Shown in pieces: positions 46,166 to 56,221 of a stretch of 64,000 nt of DNA (positions are counted from its first letter, which is position 1; the number at the start of each line of letters is the position of its first letter). Under the pieces are notes generated by a model. That model was not told the DNA's origin and ran no database searches. It saw nothing but the letters and a program-made list of their open reading frames with translations. Made by a program: the position numbers and the translations under genes. The stretch comes from Fibrobacteria bacterium. GTDB lineage: Bacteria > Fibrobacterota > Fibrobacteria > UBA11236. The stretch covers positions 1 through 64,000 of the forward strand of contig JAYTSD010000046.1 in the NCBI GenBank assembly GCA_043745805.1, read 5' to 3'.

Positions 46166-47359
46166 ATGATTCAGCTTAGCTTAAATGAAGTCAAGGCCGG
46201 TATGGTATTGGCACGATCTTTAGTCAATGAAAATGGCGATTTGCTATTAGCATCGGGATTTGTGATCAATGATCGTATTATCACGAAAATGCATGAGATT
46301 CAATTATCAGGATGTTGGATTTATGAAGAAGGAACAGAATCCATTGTTCCTGAAGAAATGGTTAATGAACAATTAGTTTTGCAAACTAGCGGAATACTTC
46401 GAGAAAATGGCGACTTACTACAAAAAGTTTTAGAAATAAAAGACTTTACCTTAGATAATATCAATAAAAAAATGAGCGAAACATCTAGGTTTCGTAACAT
46501 TGTGGCTACGGAGAAAATTCGCAAGCAAGTTCAAGATATAATGGAAAGTTTATTACATCGCGAAGAAGCCATTATTAATGTGAATTCATTACGTACCAAA
46601 AGTGGATATTTGTATCAGCACGCTTTAGATGTAACCATCACTGCTATTTTACTGGCTTGCAAGCTGAGTTTTACTTTGAAAGAAATTGAAGAATTAGCCA
46701 TGGGCTGTCTACTCATGGATTTGGGACAAGTGATTATTGCAGATAAAATTTTCACAAAAGGGGTTGCCTTAACGGAAGACGATTTATTGCTGATGAAGGA
46801 ACATCCTTCTTATGGGTATGCGATTTTACGTGAGAATGAAAAAATTAGTTTAAGTATTGCGCATGTCGCTTATCAGCATCATGAAAGGCAAGATGGCAAT
46901 GGTTTTCCAAGACATTTAAAGGGAGATAATTCTTTACCGATTAAAACCTTAAATGCAGATAAAGGACGAATTCATCGCTATGCTGAAGTGGCCAGTGTAG
47001 CCGACATGTATATTTCACTAATTATGCCACGTCCCAATACTATTCAACCGCGAACTCCCGATGAAGCGATGCGTATTTTAATCATGGCAGCGGGAACTCA
47101 TCTCAATCGTAGTATAGTCGATAAATTAGTGACCATGATCCCCATTTTTCCCATTGGTTCCCGAGTGGTTATTGTAGAAGATAAAAATAAGGGCTTATTA
47201 ACTGGTTTTTCGGGAGTGGTCGCTAAAACCTATAAGGATTTTCCGGAAAGACCTATGGTGGTGCTAATTTTCGATCGTGAAAAGAAAAAAATAAAGCCTA
47301 TGACAGTAAATTTGGCGGAAGAAAAAGGTTTACGTGTTCAATTCGCAAGGTTGCAGTAA
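46166..47359 (+). CDS. HD-GYP domain protein (HD changed to MD, GYP to GFP)
   Basis: Likely start MIQLSL..GMVLAR; YQHALDV, LLMDLG, HPSYG, QHHERQDGNGFP, VADMY. Confidence 0.85.
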   Translation: MIQLSLNEVKAGMVLARSLVNENGDLLLASGFVINDRIITKMHEIQLSGCWIYEEGTESIVPEEMVNEQLVLQTSGILRENGDLLQKVLEIKDFTLDNINKKMSETSRFRNIVATEKIRKQVQDIMESLLHREEAIINVNSLRTKSGYLYQHALDVTITAILLACKLSFTLKEIEELAMGCLLMDLGQVIIADKIFTKGVALTEDDLLLMKEHPSYGYAILRENEKISLSIAHVAYQHHERQDGNGFPRHLKGDNSLPIKTLNADKGRIHRYAEVASVADMYISLIMPRPNTIQPRTPDEAMRILIMAAGTHLNRSIVDKLVTMIPIFPIGSRVVIVEDKNKGLLTGFSGVVAKTYKDFPERPMVVLIFDREKKKIKPMTVNLAEEKGLRVQFARLQ

Positions 47360-47388
47360 ATACTTAAAGTGAGAGTTATATTTTTGTT

Positions 47389-48306
47389 ATGCCTGAGCAA
47401 GGAATAGTCCCCATTTCATGGAAACAGGGTATTGACTTTTTTCTCAATACGCTTCGAGATCGTCGTGGATATTCGCCGCATACATTGGAAGCCTATGCTC
47501 ATGATTTAAATACTCTGCAAACATGGTTGGAAAATAAAACCCCTTCACTCACTTTGCAGGATATGGATAAAAAAACTTTGCAGCAATTTTTGTTAAACAC
47601 ACAAAAAAAATTATCTCCCGCGACGCAAGCGCGACATATTGCTTGTCTTAAAAGTTTTGGTAAAGTTATGGCGAGTGAACATTTTATCGAACGTAATCCC
47701 AGTATCGGTTTGCGCTTTCCCAGACGAGAGAATAAATTATTTCATGTTGCGGGCGAGCAATTTTTAGAAGAGGCATTATTGCCCATCACCGCTTCCGAAG
47801 AGGCTTTTATTCAGTTGCGCACACGCTTTTGTTTAGAAATTTTTTATGGATCGGGTTTACGCTTAAGTGAATTAATGCGTATGCAATGGAGTGATATTCC
47901 TTCCACCGCACAGGAAATTAAAGTTTTAGGTAAAGGCAATAAATATCGCACCGTACCGCTTACAGAAACGGCACAAAATTGTTTAACAGAATATCGTCAA
48001 AGTTGTCAGGCCTTAGGTTTTGGGATAAGCGGCGCTTTGATTGTATCGGGTCGCGGTAAGCCTTTAAATGCACGTAGCGTACAAAAAAATATTACTGATT
48101 TTTTACAAAAGTTGGGACGTAGAGGAAAATCTTCCCCGCATATTTTGCGGCATTCCTTTGCTACGCATTTATTGGATCATGGTGCCGATTTATTAGCCGT
48201 AAAAGAATTGTTGGGACATGCCTCTTTGTCTACCACACAAAAATACACGCATGTTTCTGTAAAGAAACTTAAGGAAGCATATACCTTAGCCCATCCACGG
48301 GCATAA
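47389..48306 (+). CDS. xerC: Tyrosine recombinase XerC
   Basis: YSPHTLEAY..DL, GLRLSEL, VLGKGNK.R.VP, PHILRHSFATHLL, LLGHASLSTTQKYTH, HPRA end. Confidence 0.88.
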   Translation: MPEQGIVPISWKQGIDFFLNTLRDRRGYSPHTLEAYAHDLNTLQTWLENKTPSLTLQDMDKKTLQQFLLNTQKKLSPATQARHIACLKSFGKVMASEHFIERNPSIGLRFPRRENKLFHVAGEQFLEEALLPITASEEAFIQLRTRFCLEIFYGSGLRLSELMRMQWSDIPSTAQEIKVLGKGNKYRTVPLTETAQNCLTEYRQSCQALGFGISGALIVSGRGKPLNARSVQKNITDFLQKLGRRGKSSPHILRHSFATHLLDHGADLLAVKELLGHASLSTTQKYTHVSVKKLKEAYTLAHPRA

Positions 48307-48321
48307 GGAGCAGGAGTTACC

Positions 48322-50859
48322 ATGAATTCGGAAATGTTTCAAACGCTTTTATTAAGTACGCCAGACTTAGTTTATTTTAAAGATAAAGAAAGTCGTTACA
48401 CTTGGATTAATTTCGCCCAAGCAAAAATCTTAGGCTTGCAAGACCCTCAAGAGGCTTTGGGTAAAACCGACTTTGATTTTTTTTCGCATGAGTTAGCGGA
48501 AGTTTTTTTTGCGGATGAACAAGAAATTATGCATACAGGCCAATCCCATCGCGAAAGATTGGAAACGCATAAGGTACCTTCAGGTGGATTCCGTTGGATT
48601 CGATCGACCAAAATCCCGCTTTATGACAATAGTGGAAATGTAATGGGTACCGCCGGTATATCGCGCAATGTCACGGAGTATAAGTTAGCCGAGCAAGCCT
48701 TGCTACAAGAAAGCCGTAAGCTTTTAATACTGATGGATAACATTCCCGACCCTATTTATTTTAAAGATACGCAAGGCCGTTTCACATGGGTGAATAAAGC
48801 GATGGGAACCCTATTGAATAAAGGACAAAAAGAAGAGCTATTAGGCTTAACTGATTTTGATGTGTGGCCAGCTGACAGGGCACAAAATTCCTTTGAAGAT
48901 GAACAAGTGATTTTAAGTACGGGTAAATATTTAATTAATAAAGAAGAAAAAATTGAAGTCAGTGGAAAAGTTTTTTGGCTAAGTGCGACGAAAATTCCCC
49001 TTCGCGATCAAGATGGAAATATTATTGGTACTTGTGGTATTAGTAGAGATATGACTACGCGAATTCACGCCCAAGAGGCATATGCGCGCGAAAGTATGTT
49101 GCTCGATGCCTTAATGCGTAACATTCCCGACGCGATTTATTTTAAAGATGAGCAAAGCCGCTTTTTAAAGGTTAGCAAAGCGGTCCATTTGGAAGGAATA
49201 AAAACTCCCGAAGAAGCGGTAGGTAAAACGGATTTTGATTTTTTTACTAAAGAGCATGCACAGCAAGCCTTTGATGACGAACAAGAAATTATTCATCAAG
49301 GTAAATCCATCATCGACAAAGTGGAAAAAGAAACCTATAAGGATAAAAGTGATTGCTGGGTGTCTACGACTAAGGTTCCGGTGTATAATCTTGAAGGGAA
49401 CATTACCGGTATCGTGGGAATTTCGCGAGATGTAACCGAAAGAATGTTGGCACAGCATGCCTTACAAAAAGCCAAAGATGAATTGGAAGTGCGCGTGCAG
49501 GAGCGTACGGCGGCTTTGGTACAGGAAATTAAAGAGCATTTAAAAACCGAAAAAGCGCTGCGTGAAAATGAGAAAAAACTACAAACCGCTAATACTAATT
49601 TGCAAAGCCGTATTCAGCAGTTAAACTATTTAAATACTTCGGCTCAAAGTTTGGCGCACCATTCCCATAGAAAAGATTTGTTACCCGCAATACTTGGAGT
49701 ATTTACTCAATGTTTTCCCGGCTTGGAAGTATCCATTTGCGAAGAAGAAGCAGGTGCTTATATTTGTTCTGCGGCAACACAAAAATTAAATGGCATTGGA
49801 AATCGAGAATCCAATGCGACGGCATTACGGTTACTTAAAAAAGGTCCTATTCTATCGGTTTTACTTATTCCTGATCGCCAAGAAGATTTGCAGTTACGTT
49901 CCTTACATTGGCCCAATATGGAAGAGCATACGGTATTTTTGGCCTTACCACTTTTATTAGAAGATCGATGTTTAGCTATTGTGGAAATATTTGCCAAGCC
50001 CGATTTTTTAAATTGGTACCAACAAGAGCAAGTGATGATACATACCCTTGCTGCACAGGCTGCTATTAGCCTGAGCAATGCCAATAATTATTCGGAATTA
50101 GAAAAACGCGCACGTTTAGAAGGCGAATTGGAAGTGGCGCAAAAAATTCAAAGACGTTTCACTCCTCAATCGAAGCCATTAATTCCGCGAGTAAATGTAA
50201 AAGGCGTTTATTTTCCTGCTTATGAAGTCGGCGGAGATTATTTGGATTATTTTCAAACCGATGCAGGGCATTGGGTGATTGTCATTGCTGATGTAAGTGG
50301 TAAAGGCATTCCTGCTGCATTAGTGATGACTATGTTACGTAGCACTTTTCGCGCCGAAGCACGCTATGAAAATTCAGCAATGAAATTATTATGTGCGGTC
50401 AATGATTCTATGATTCAAGATTTAGATGACAAATCTTTTGTGACAGCACTTTGTTTGATTATAGATAAAGAAGGTCAGTCCATGACCTATGCGCGCGCGG
50501 GGCATCCGCCACTTTTATTTCGCTTAGCCAATGAAGGCGAACAGCCTAGCAGTATGAATCCTAAAGGCATTGCTTTGGGTATGGTGGAAGGAACGCAGTT
50601 TAGGACTTTATTGGAAGAAGTAACTATTCCCCTCAAGGCTGGGGATCGCTATTTAATTTACACGGATGGCTTATTAGAGGCCATGGATCCCGAACGTAAA
50701 ACCTATGGATTATCTCGGTTAAAATCCATGTTGGCTTTGGATGACGATAACGATCCAGAGATAATGCTGAAATTAATTTTGGACGATGTAAAAATGTTTA
50801 CCCGCAATGCACCCGTGCATGACGATTTAACCATTTTGGCTATGGATGTGGTGGGGTAA
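48322..50859 (+). CDS. PAS x3 - GAF - PP2C (SpoIIE/RsbU) phosphatase
   Basis: Three 'PD.IYFKD..R..GKTDFD' PAS repeats; VGGDYLD, IADVSGKG, RAGHPP, YTDGLLE, DDLT. Confidence 0.92.
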   Translation: MNSEMFQTLLLSTPDLVYFKDKESRYTWINFAQAKILGLQDPQEALGKTDFDFFSHELAEVFFADEQEIMHTGQSHRERLETHKVPSGGFRWIRSTKIPLYDNSGNVMGTAGISRNVTEYKLAEQALLQESRKLLILMDNIPDPIYFKDTQGRFTWVNKAMGTLLNKGQKEELLGLTDFDVWPADRAQNSFEDEQVILSTGKYLINKEEKIEVSGKVFWLSATKIPLRDQDGNIIGTCGISRDMTTRIHAQEAYARESMLLDALMRNIPDAIYFKDEQSRFLKVSKAVHLEGIKTPEEAVGKTDFDFFTKEHAQQAFDDEQEIIHQGKSIIDKVEKETYKDKSDCWVSTTKVPVYNLEGNITGIVGISRDVTERMLAQHALQKAKDELEVRVQERTAALVQEIKEHLKTEKALRENEKKLQTANTNLQSRIQQLNYLNTSAQSLAHHSHRKDLLPAILGVFTQCFPGLEVSICEEEAGAYICSAATQKLNGIGNRESNATALRLLKKGPILSVLLIPDRQEDLQLRSLHWPNMEEHTVFLALPLLLEDRCLAIVEIFAKPDFLNWYQQEQVMIHTLAAQAAISLSNANNYSELEKRARLEGELEVAQKIQRRFTPQSKPLIPRVNVKGVYFPAYEVGGDYLDYFQTDAGHWVIVIADVSGKGIPAALVMTMLRSTFRAEARYENSAMKLLCAVNDSMIQDLDDKSFVTALCLIIDKEGQSMTYARAGHPPLLFRLANEGEQPSSMNPKGIALGMVEGTQFRTLLEEVTIPLKAGDRYLIYTDGLLEAMDPERKTYGLSRLKSMLALDDDNDPEIMLKLILDDVKMFTRNAPVHDDLTILAMDVVG

Positions 50860-50860
50860 C

Positions 50861-51943
50861 TTAAATTACTTTTTTCAAAGCTTCTACAAAACGGGTATTT
50901 TGTTCCGGTGTGCCTACTGTAACTCGACTCCAATATTCTAAACCAAAACTTTTTAAGGCGCGAATAATAATCCCTTGACGTGCAAGGTCCTCGCAGAGTT
51001 CTAGCGCAGGACGTTTGGTTTTAAAGCAAATGAAATTAGCTTGGGTGGGAATAAATTCTAAACTCAGGGCATGGAAATTGGTTTCCAGAAACAAAATACC
51101 TTGTCGATTTGTTTCCAAAGATTTCTGCACAAAATTCCTATCTTGAATGGCCGTTTCTCCTGCAACTTGTGCAAGTAAATTGGCATTAAAAGGTGTTTTG
51201 GTCCGAGACATCTCCTGAATAATTTCTGGTCTTGCTATAACATAACCTAAACGTAAGGCTGCTAATGCATAAATCTTACTGAAGGTACGACTAATCACTA
51301 ATTGTGGGTATTTCTGTAATAATTCAAGGCTGCGTGGGAAATCGGTGGCGGTAGCGTATTCACCATAAGCTTCATCTACAATAACCAAGGTTTCGGCAGG
51401 CGTAACTTGTAAAAGACCTTCTAATTCCGCATGCGTAAAGTAGGAGCCAGTAGGATTATTGGGATTACATAAAAACACTAATTTGGGCTTTAAGGACAAT
51501 TTCTCTTTAAAGGTGGCAATATCGTAGCGAAAATCAAGTAATGGAATTTTGATAATTTCACCATCAAAAACCCGTCCAGAAAATTCATATTCAGAAAAAG
51601 TATTTTCACTGACTAAAACTTTTTCTCCGGGATTTAAAAAACCCGCAGCAATGAGCATTAATACTTCATCCGAACCATTTCCAATGAGAATTTGGTTAAC
51701 GGGTACTTGGTAAAATGTAGCTAGCGTATTGCGCAGGTTACGGCTGGATCCATCGGGATATAAATACATTTTTGGCAAAATCGCTGTGATGGCCTCAATC
51801 ACATTGGGATTGGATCCCAATGGATTTTCATTTGATCCAAGTTTAGTGATTTGTGCAGGATTATAGGCTGCTTGAATTTCTTCAATAGATCGTCCAGGAA
51901 CATAAGGCTTGAGAACTTGAATGCATTGACGTGCCGACTTCAT
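50861..51943 (-). CDS. hisC: Histidinol-phosphate aminotransferase
   Basis: KLGSNENP, GNGSDE, CNPNNPTG, VDEAY, RTFSKIYALAALRLGY, RVTVG. Confidence 0.95.
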   Translation of the reverse strand: MKSARQCIQVLKPYVPGRSIEEIQAAYNPAQITKLGSNENPLGSNPNVIEAITAILPKMYLYPDGSSRNLRNTLATFYQVPVNQILIGNGSDEVLMLIAAGFLNPGEKVLVSENTFSEYEFSGRVFDGEIIKIPLLDFRYDIATFKEKLSLKPKLVFLCNPNNPTGSYFTHAELEGLLQVTPAETLVIVDEAYGEYATATDFPRSLELLQKYPQLVISRTFSKIYALAALRLGYVIARPEIIQEMSRTKTPFNANLLAQVAGETAIQDRNFVQKSLETNRQGILFLETNFHALSLEFIPTQANFICFKTKRPALELCEDLARQGIIIRALKSFGLEYWSRVTVGTPEQNTRFVEALKKVI

Positions 51944-52068
51944 GAGAACATCTTTTCTCTAGAATAACAGATTAAACTAGGTGAGGAGGAAAGTAATTTT
52001 TGCATGATTCTTTAATCAAAATAAGTAATTTAAATGACCTTACTCCTTTTGGGGAGGGGAAATGGTGA

Positions 52069-52809
52069 ATGAGAGAAGGGAATATTATGTTTCAGAAATT
52101 TGGGAAGCGATTTAAGTTGTTAATCATGGGACATAGTTTTTTGGCCCTTGCTGCTTTTGCCTTAAATCCCATTCATGAAAGTTCTTATGCCGTATTGCCG
52201 CGAGGTAAAATGAATAGTGATATTACCCTCGGATCGGGTTTTTATTTTAATAGCCCCGACCACACACCCATCGGGGTTCCATTGTCTTTGGCCTTTGCCT
52301 TATCCAATCATTTAGAAATAGGGTTCGGTTTAAAAACCGCTTGGGTGGACGCCGGTGATAATGTTCCTTATATGTTGGTGGGTGCAAAGTATTTGACGGG
52401 GAATCAATTGAGCTTGGGCGCGGATTTGATTTTAGGAACACATACGCATTCACAAAAAGGCCTGACTTTGAATTTCCACAAGCGCATTGGTTATACCTCT
52501 CGATTTAATGCGCGCTTTACGGGTAAGCTGGGATTTATGGATTATAATGTGAATAGCGATGCTTTAACTGCTTTTGAATTAGCTTATTATCCCACCCTGC
52601 GTTTAATGAATCCTATTTCCTTTCAATTCGGATTTATTGGATCGAGTCAAAGTAATCATTTCGAGAAAAATTTAGCTATAGATTTACAGCCAGGATTAAT
52701 TGTGGAATTAGGCCATGAATCTGCCGTAGAAAGTTTATTTGCTTTTGGATTAGCCGGTGATCATAAAGAAGATTTGCGAATTAAAGTAGCTTTTGTGAAG
52801 GGCTTTTAA
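52069..52809 (+). CDS. Hypothetical outer-membrane beta-barrel protein
   Basis: Signal-like N-terminus, amphipathic strands, terminal Phe. Confidence 0.55.
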   Translation: MREGNIMFQKFGKRFKLLIMGHSFLALAAFALNPIHESSYAVLPRGKMNSDITLGSGFYFNSPDHTPIGVPLSLAFALSNHLEIGFGLKTAWVDAGDNVPYMLVGAKYLTGNQLSLGADLILGTHTHSQKGLTLNFHKRIGYTSRFNARFTGKLGFMDYNVNSDALTAFELAYYPTLRLMNPISFQFGFIGSSQSNHFEKNLAIDLQPGLIVELGHESAVESLFAFGLAGDHKEDLRIKVAFVKGF

Positions 52810-53969
52810 GCGCTGGGGGAATGTTTAGGAATAACCTTCGCTTCTTCTTCTAAGCGGTTTAAAATACCGCGTAGAATTTTTTCCACCGCCTGTTCATCTT
52901 TGCCCCATAGCGATTTTAATAAATCTTTTCCGGCGGCGAGTGTCACGGGAAAAACATGGGGAAGCAAAGGTAAGGCAAGCGCTAAGCCCTCGGCATAAAC
53001 CGAAGGGGAGCGTAAAATCCAAGTCCAAGGAAAAAATCGACTAATAGGTTTACTTAATAAAATTATTCCGCCAAGTCTCAGGCTATACATTAAAAAATGT
53101 TGTAGTCCCTCTGAAGTTACCCATTCCCGCCAAATATAATGTCCTTCGCCTTTCCAAAGATGTAACCATGCGAGATAAGCAAAAAATGGCCAAGCGGCTT
53201 GAAGTGTTTTGCGGCTGCGCCCTTTATCATAAATCGCTATTAAGACTATAACTAGAGCTTCTATCCAAAGCGTGGACAAGAAAAACAAAAGCAAGAGCAG
53301 CACCAATAATCCCAAAAAAATACGAGGATTTCCAGGACTTAAAGATTTGCGTTCCGGTTTAAGTTTATTGCCAACGACTAAAATTTTTTGCAAAGGTTTT
53401 TGAAAGCGAAAAATCAATAAACCTAAAAAGCCTCCCGACGCCAAGGACCAAAGCAATAAGGGTCCTAATTGAAAAAAGAATCCCGCATGACGAATGAGCA
53501 CTACTTCCACAAATAAAAGTTGTAGTACATTAAAAGCCGTCGCAGATAAAATGCTAAATCCCAGCAAGCCGATCCAGTTTTTTTGCAAAGCTTTACGCGC
53601 TGGCCAACCCAGCAATAGCAAGGACATTAAGCCCGCAAAACTACTGATCAGCACGGACGAAAATGGGGTGCCTCCAAATAACATGCCCGCTAAATTACGT
53701 CCCGTTAATAACCATGCGGAGGCAAGCGCACCATAATTCAACCAAAAAGGAACGAGCACCAGATACGATAAACCCAATTTAAGCCAAGGGAATAAGGGGA
53801 ATCTCGGTAAAAAATTTTCCAAAATTTGCAAACTAGATGCTAAACATAAGCTAATAGCAAAAGTCTCTGGGCTTAGGGGAGCGAGAGGATTTAAGGAGCT
53901 AAGTTTCTTAAATCCTTTAATCATAGCCTTCTCATTGGGAGTAACAGGAATATCATTCGGTGATACCAT
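52806..53969 (-). CDS. Gx transporter family (ECF S-component-like) protein with C-terminal EcfT-like extension
   Basis: N-half LQILENFLP..PWLKLGLS..S..G.S..SA.AFN.LQL; C-half 'PFF..L..LHL..G..VTSEGL..SLRL'. Confidence 0.7.
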   Translation of the reverse strand: MVSPNDIPVTPNEKAMIKGFKKLSSLNPLAPLSPETFAISLCLASSLQILENFLPRFPLFPWLKLGLSYLVLVPFWLNYGALASAWLLTGRNLAGMLFGGTPFSSVLISSFAGLMSLLLLGWPARKALQKNWIGLLGFSILSATAFNVLQLLFVEVVLIRHAGFFFQLGPLLLWSLASGGFLGLLIFRFQKPLQKILVVGNKLKPERKSLSPGNPRIFLGLLVLLLLLFFLSTLWIEALVIVLIAIYDKGRSRKTLQAAWPFFAYLAWLHLWKGEGHYIWREWVTSEGLQHFLMYSLRLGGIILLSKPISRFFPWTWILRSPSVYAEGLALALPLLPHVFPVTLAAGKDLLKSLWGKDEQAVEKILRGILNRLEEEAKVIPKHSPSA

Positions 53970-54315
53970 CTAAACCTTGATCCTCATTCGGGTCTTTTTC
54001 ACCGGAATCAGGGATGATTACCAGTAACCGACAAGGTACGCAAACAATTTTTTGTCGCATACGGGAAATGCTTCCACGCCGAATACAAATTTTTTGCGGA
54101 CAAGGAGCTTGTTGTACGCGAATGGATCCTTTGCCATATTCCAAGGTGACGTCTCCTAAACGTGTTGTGACTTTTGTGAAACGACTATTTCCGTTTAAGT
54201 TAAATTCGGCCACTTTTTTATTGTCGACAAAAACTTCGGCCTTTTGGCCAGCTGCACCGGACATATTTAGGGAAGCATAAATTCCCGCAACACAAAGCAA
54301 TATGCCCAGCAGCAC
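53953..54315 (-). CDS. NusG domain II-containing (DUF1312-like) protein
   Basis: N-terminal TM; APCPQKIC..G.I..IVCVP.RL.V.I; true start may lie slightly upstream. Confidence 0.85.
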   Translation of the reverse strand: MLLGILLCVAGIYASLNMSGAAGQKAEVFVDNKKVAEFNLNGNSRFTKVTTRLGDVTLEYGKGSIRVQQAPCPQKICIRRGSISRMRQKIVCVPCRLLVIIPDSGEKDPNEDQGLDGITE

Positions 54316-54344
54316 ATCGACAGGACGCCATAAAGGGAAACGAT

Positions 54345-55430
54345 TTAGAGTTGACAGGGAGGGATACTCATCTTTAAGGATTTATTCCATCCCTTGGTCG
54401 CTTCATAACATAGGCTTGGACTAGGTTCTGGTATTTCTCTAATCCAAACGACTTGGGCCTTTTCTTGTTCTGCCAAAATCTTTCCTTTTTCTGGCCCCAT
54501 CACAAACATGGACGTAGAAAGTGCATCGCTCAAATGACTACTTGCAGTCATCACAGTTGCTTCACAAATTCCTTCAGCAGGGTAACCGGTAAAGGGATTG
54601 AAAATATGATGATAGCGTTTTCCATGTGCAAAAAAGAAACGTTCATAATCGCCTGAGGTAGAAACGGCTGCGCCTTCGGATAAAGTGATTTTGCCGCAAA
54701 TAGAATCCGGCTGTCGCGGATGACGAATACCCACATTCCATGGACCACTTGATTTTTTTCCGCCTAAACGAATTTCCCCACCGGCTTGTAATAAGTGTGT
54801 GGTAAAGCCGAGGGAATCAAGTATCGTATTCATTCTATCAATCACATAACCTTTAGCTATGGCGCCTAAATCTAATTGCACGTTAGACAGTTGTATCACC
54901 GCTTTATCTTCTGCTAATAAATTTAATGGGACTAAGTTTTTTTTTGAGCTATCGGGTCGATGTAATTTGAGTAGGTTTTGAATAGCTAATGAATCGGGTA
55001 ACTTTGGTGTTTCATTGCTTCCGAGTCCCCACAACTTTTTTAAATCATGCAAAGTGAAATCAAAAGAGCCGCCACTGCGTTTATGAATATCAGTTGCTAA
55101 AGTTAAGATCTCTAAAATTTCCTTAGGGATTTTTATAGTATCTCCTATGTTACCTTGGAGCAAAGATAAAGCCGAAGTCGAATCATAGTCGCTTAAAAGG
55201 AGATTGAGTCGGGTGGTTTCTTTTTCCAATATTGAAAAAGCGGCTTCCGCCTCTTTTTCTGGCACTCCATAAATGGAGGCTACGACTTGTGTATCCATGG
55301 CAAACCACTGATGGGTGACTATTTGTTTTTTGCCACAACCCAGTAAAATCAAAATACTTGAAGACAAGAAAAATAAGACTAATGATTTTAGGAGGACAAA
55401 ACGAAAGCGTAATTTGGGGATTTTTAGCAA
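54345..55430 (-). CDS. apbE: FAD:protein FMN transferase ApbE (lipoprotein)
   Basis: Lipobox LLGC; AMDT, DLGAIAKGY, GGEI, STSGDYER, YHHIFNP.TG.P, DALST. Confidence 0.95.
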   Translation of the reverse strand: MLKIPKLRFRFVLLKSLVLFFLSSSILILLGCGKKQIVTHQWFAMDTQVVASIYGVPEKEAEAAFSILEKETTRLNLLLSDYDSTSALSLLQGNIGDTIKIPKEILEILTLATDIHKRSGGSFDFTLHDLKKLWGLGSNETPKLPDSLAIQNLLKLHRPDSSKKNLVPLNLLAEDKAVIQLSNVQLDLGAIAKGYVIDRMNTILDSLGFTTHLLQAGGEIRLGGKKSSGPWNVGIRHPRQPDSICGKITLSEGAAVSTSGDYERFFFAHGKRYHHIFNPFTGYPAEGICEATVMTASSHLSDALSTSMFVMGPEKGKILAEQEKAQVVWIREIPEPSPSLCYEATKGWNKSLKMSIPPCQL

Positions 55431-55609
55431 AGCAGCCTCTATGGAGATTTAAGTAGGGAAAAATATCTTATGCGACCATTCTAACCAAGTCATACTCAAG
55501 GAATCTATCCATTTTCAGGAAAATCTCAACCAAGAAAGGTTGAGAGAATTATTTTTAGCTGAAGTCTCGTTGGAATTGAATGGGATGGAATGGAAGTGAT
55601 GGACAAGAA

Positions 55610-56221
55610 ATGAGTCGAGTGGGAATTGCCGAAATATTTTATTCACTTCAAGGCGAAGGCTTTCATGCAGGTCGTGCTGCTATTTTTATTCGCACAGCAG
55701 GTTGTAATTTAGCCTGCGATTTTTGTGATACGGATTTTACTGTGCGAGAAAAATTAACTCCTGAAGAAATTTTTGTACGAATCAAAAATTATTCATCACG
55801 TTTTATTGTTTTAACAGGTGGCGAACCGACTATTCAAGCACAAGGCTGTACCGAGTTGATTAAGTTTTTGCAAGATCAGGGTTATTATGTTGCCATGGAA
55901 ACTAATGGAAGTTCGCATGATACTTTGGGTGTGAATTGGGTAACCGTAAGTCCTAAGCTTTCACAAAAAGGGGAATGGTTGCTCAAGCAAGGCGATGAAT
56001 TGAAATTAGTTTATGAAGCACAAGATTTAAGCTTTTATGAAAACTCAGATTTTCAACATTATTTGCTGCAACCCAAAGAAATTCGCACGGGCCATTTTGG
56101 AAAAGGGGAGCGTGACATACAGGCTACCCGAAATGAATGGAATACAACCATAGCCGCGGTGCAGCAAAACCCTAAATGGAAATTGTCCTTTCAAATCCAC
56201 AAAGAATTAGGATTGCGATAA
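55610..56221 (+). CDS. queE: 7-carboxy-7-deazaguanine synthase
   Basis: EIFYSLQGEG, GCNLACDFCDT, TGGEP, ETNG, SPK, Q.HK; start 55610 or 55580. Confidence 0.95.
   Translation: MSRVGIAEIFYSLQGEGFHAGRAAIFIRTAGCNLACDFCDTDFTVREKLTPEEIFVRIKNYSSRFIVLTGGEPTIQAQGCTELIKFLQDQGYYVAMETNGSSHDTLGVNWVTVSPKLSQKGEWLLKQGDELKLVYEAQDLSFYENSDFQHYLLQPKEIRTGHFGKGERDIQATRNEWNTTIAAVQQNPKWKLSFQIHKELGLR

Noticed and set aside
47389..48306. Tyrosine recombinase as a prophage or ICE integrase
   Set aside because: XerC-like length and HPRA terminus, housekeeping context, and no att sites or phage genes seen.
55520..55550. Hairpin tctcaacc-aagaaa-ggttgaga upstream of queE as a preQ1 riboswitch
   Set aside because: Lacks the preQ1-I loop consensus and A-rich 3' tail; only a generic hairpin between divergent genes.
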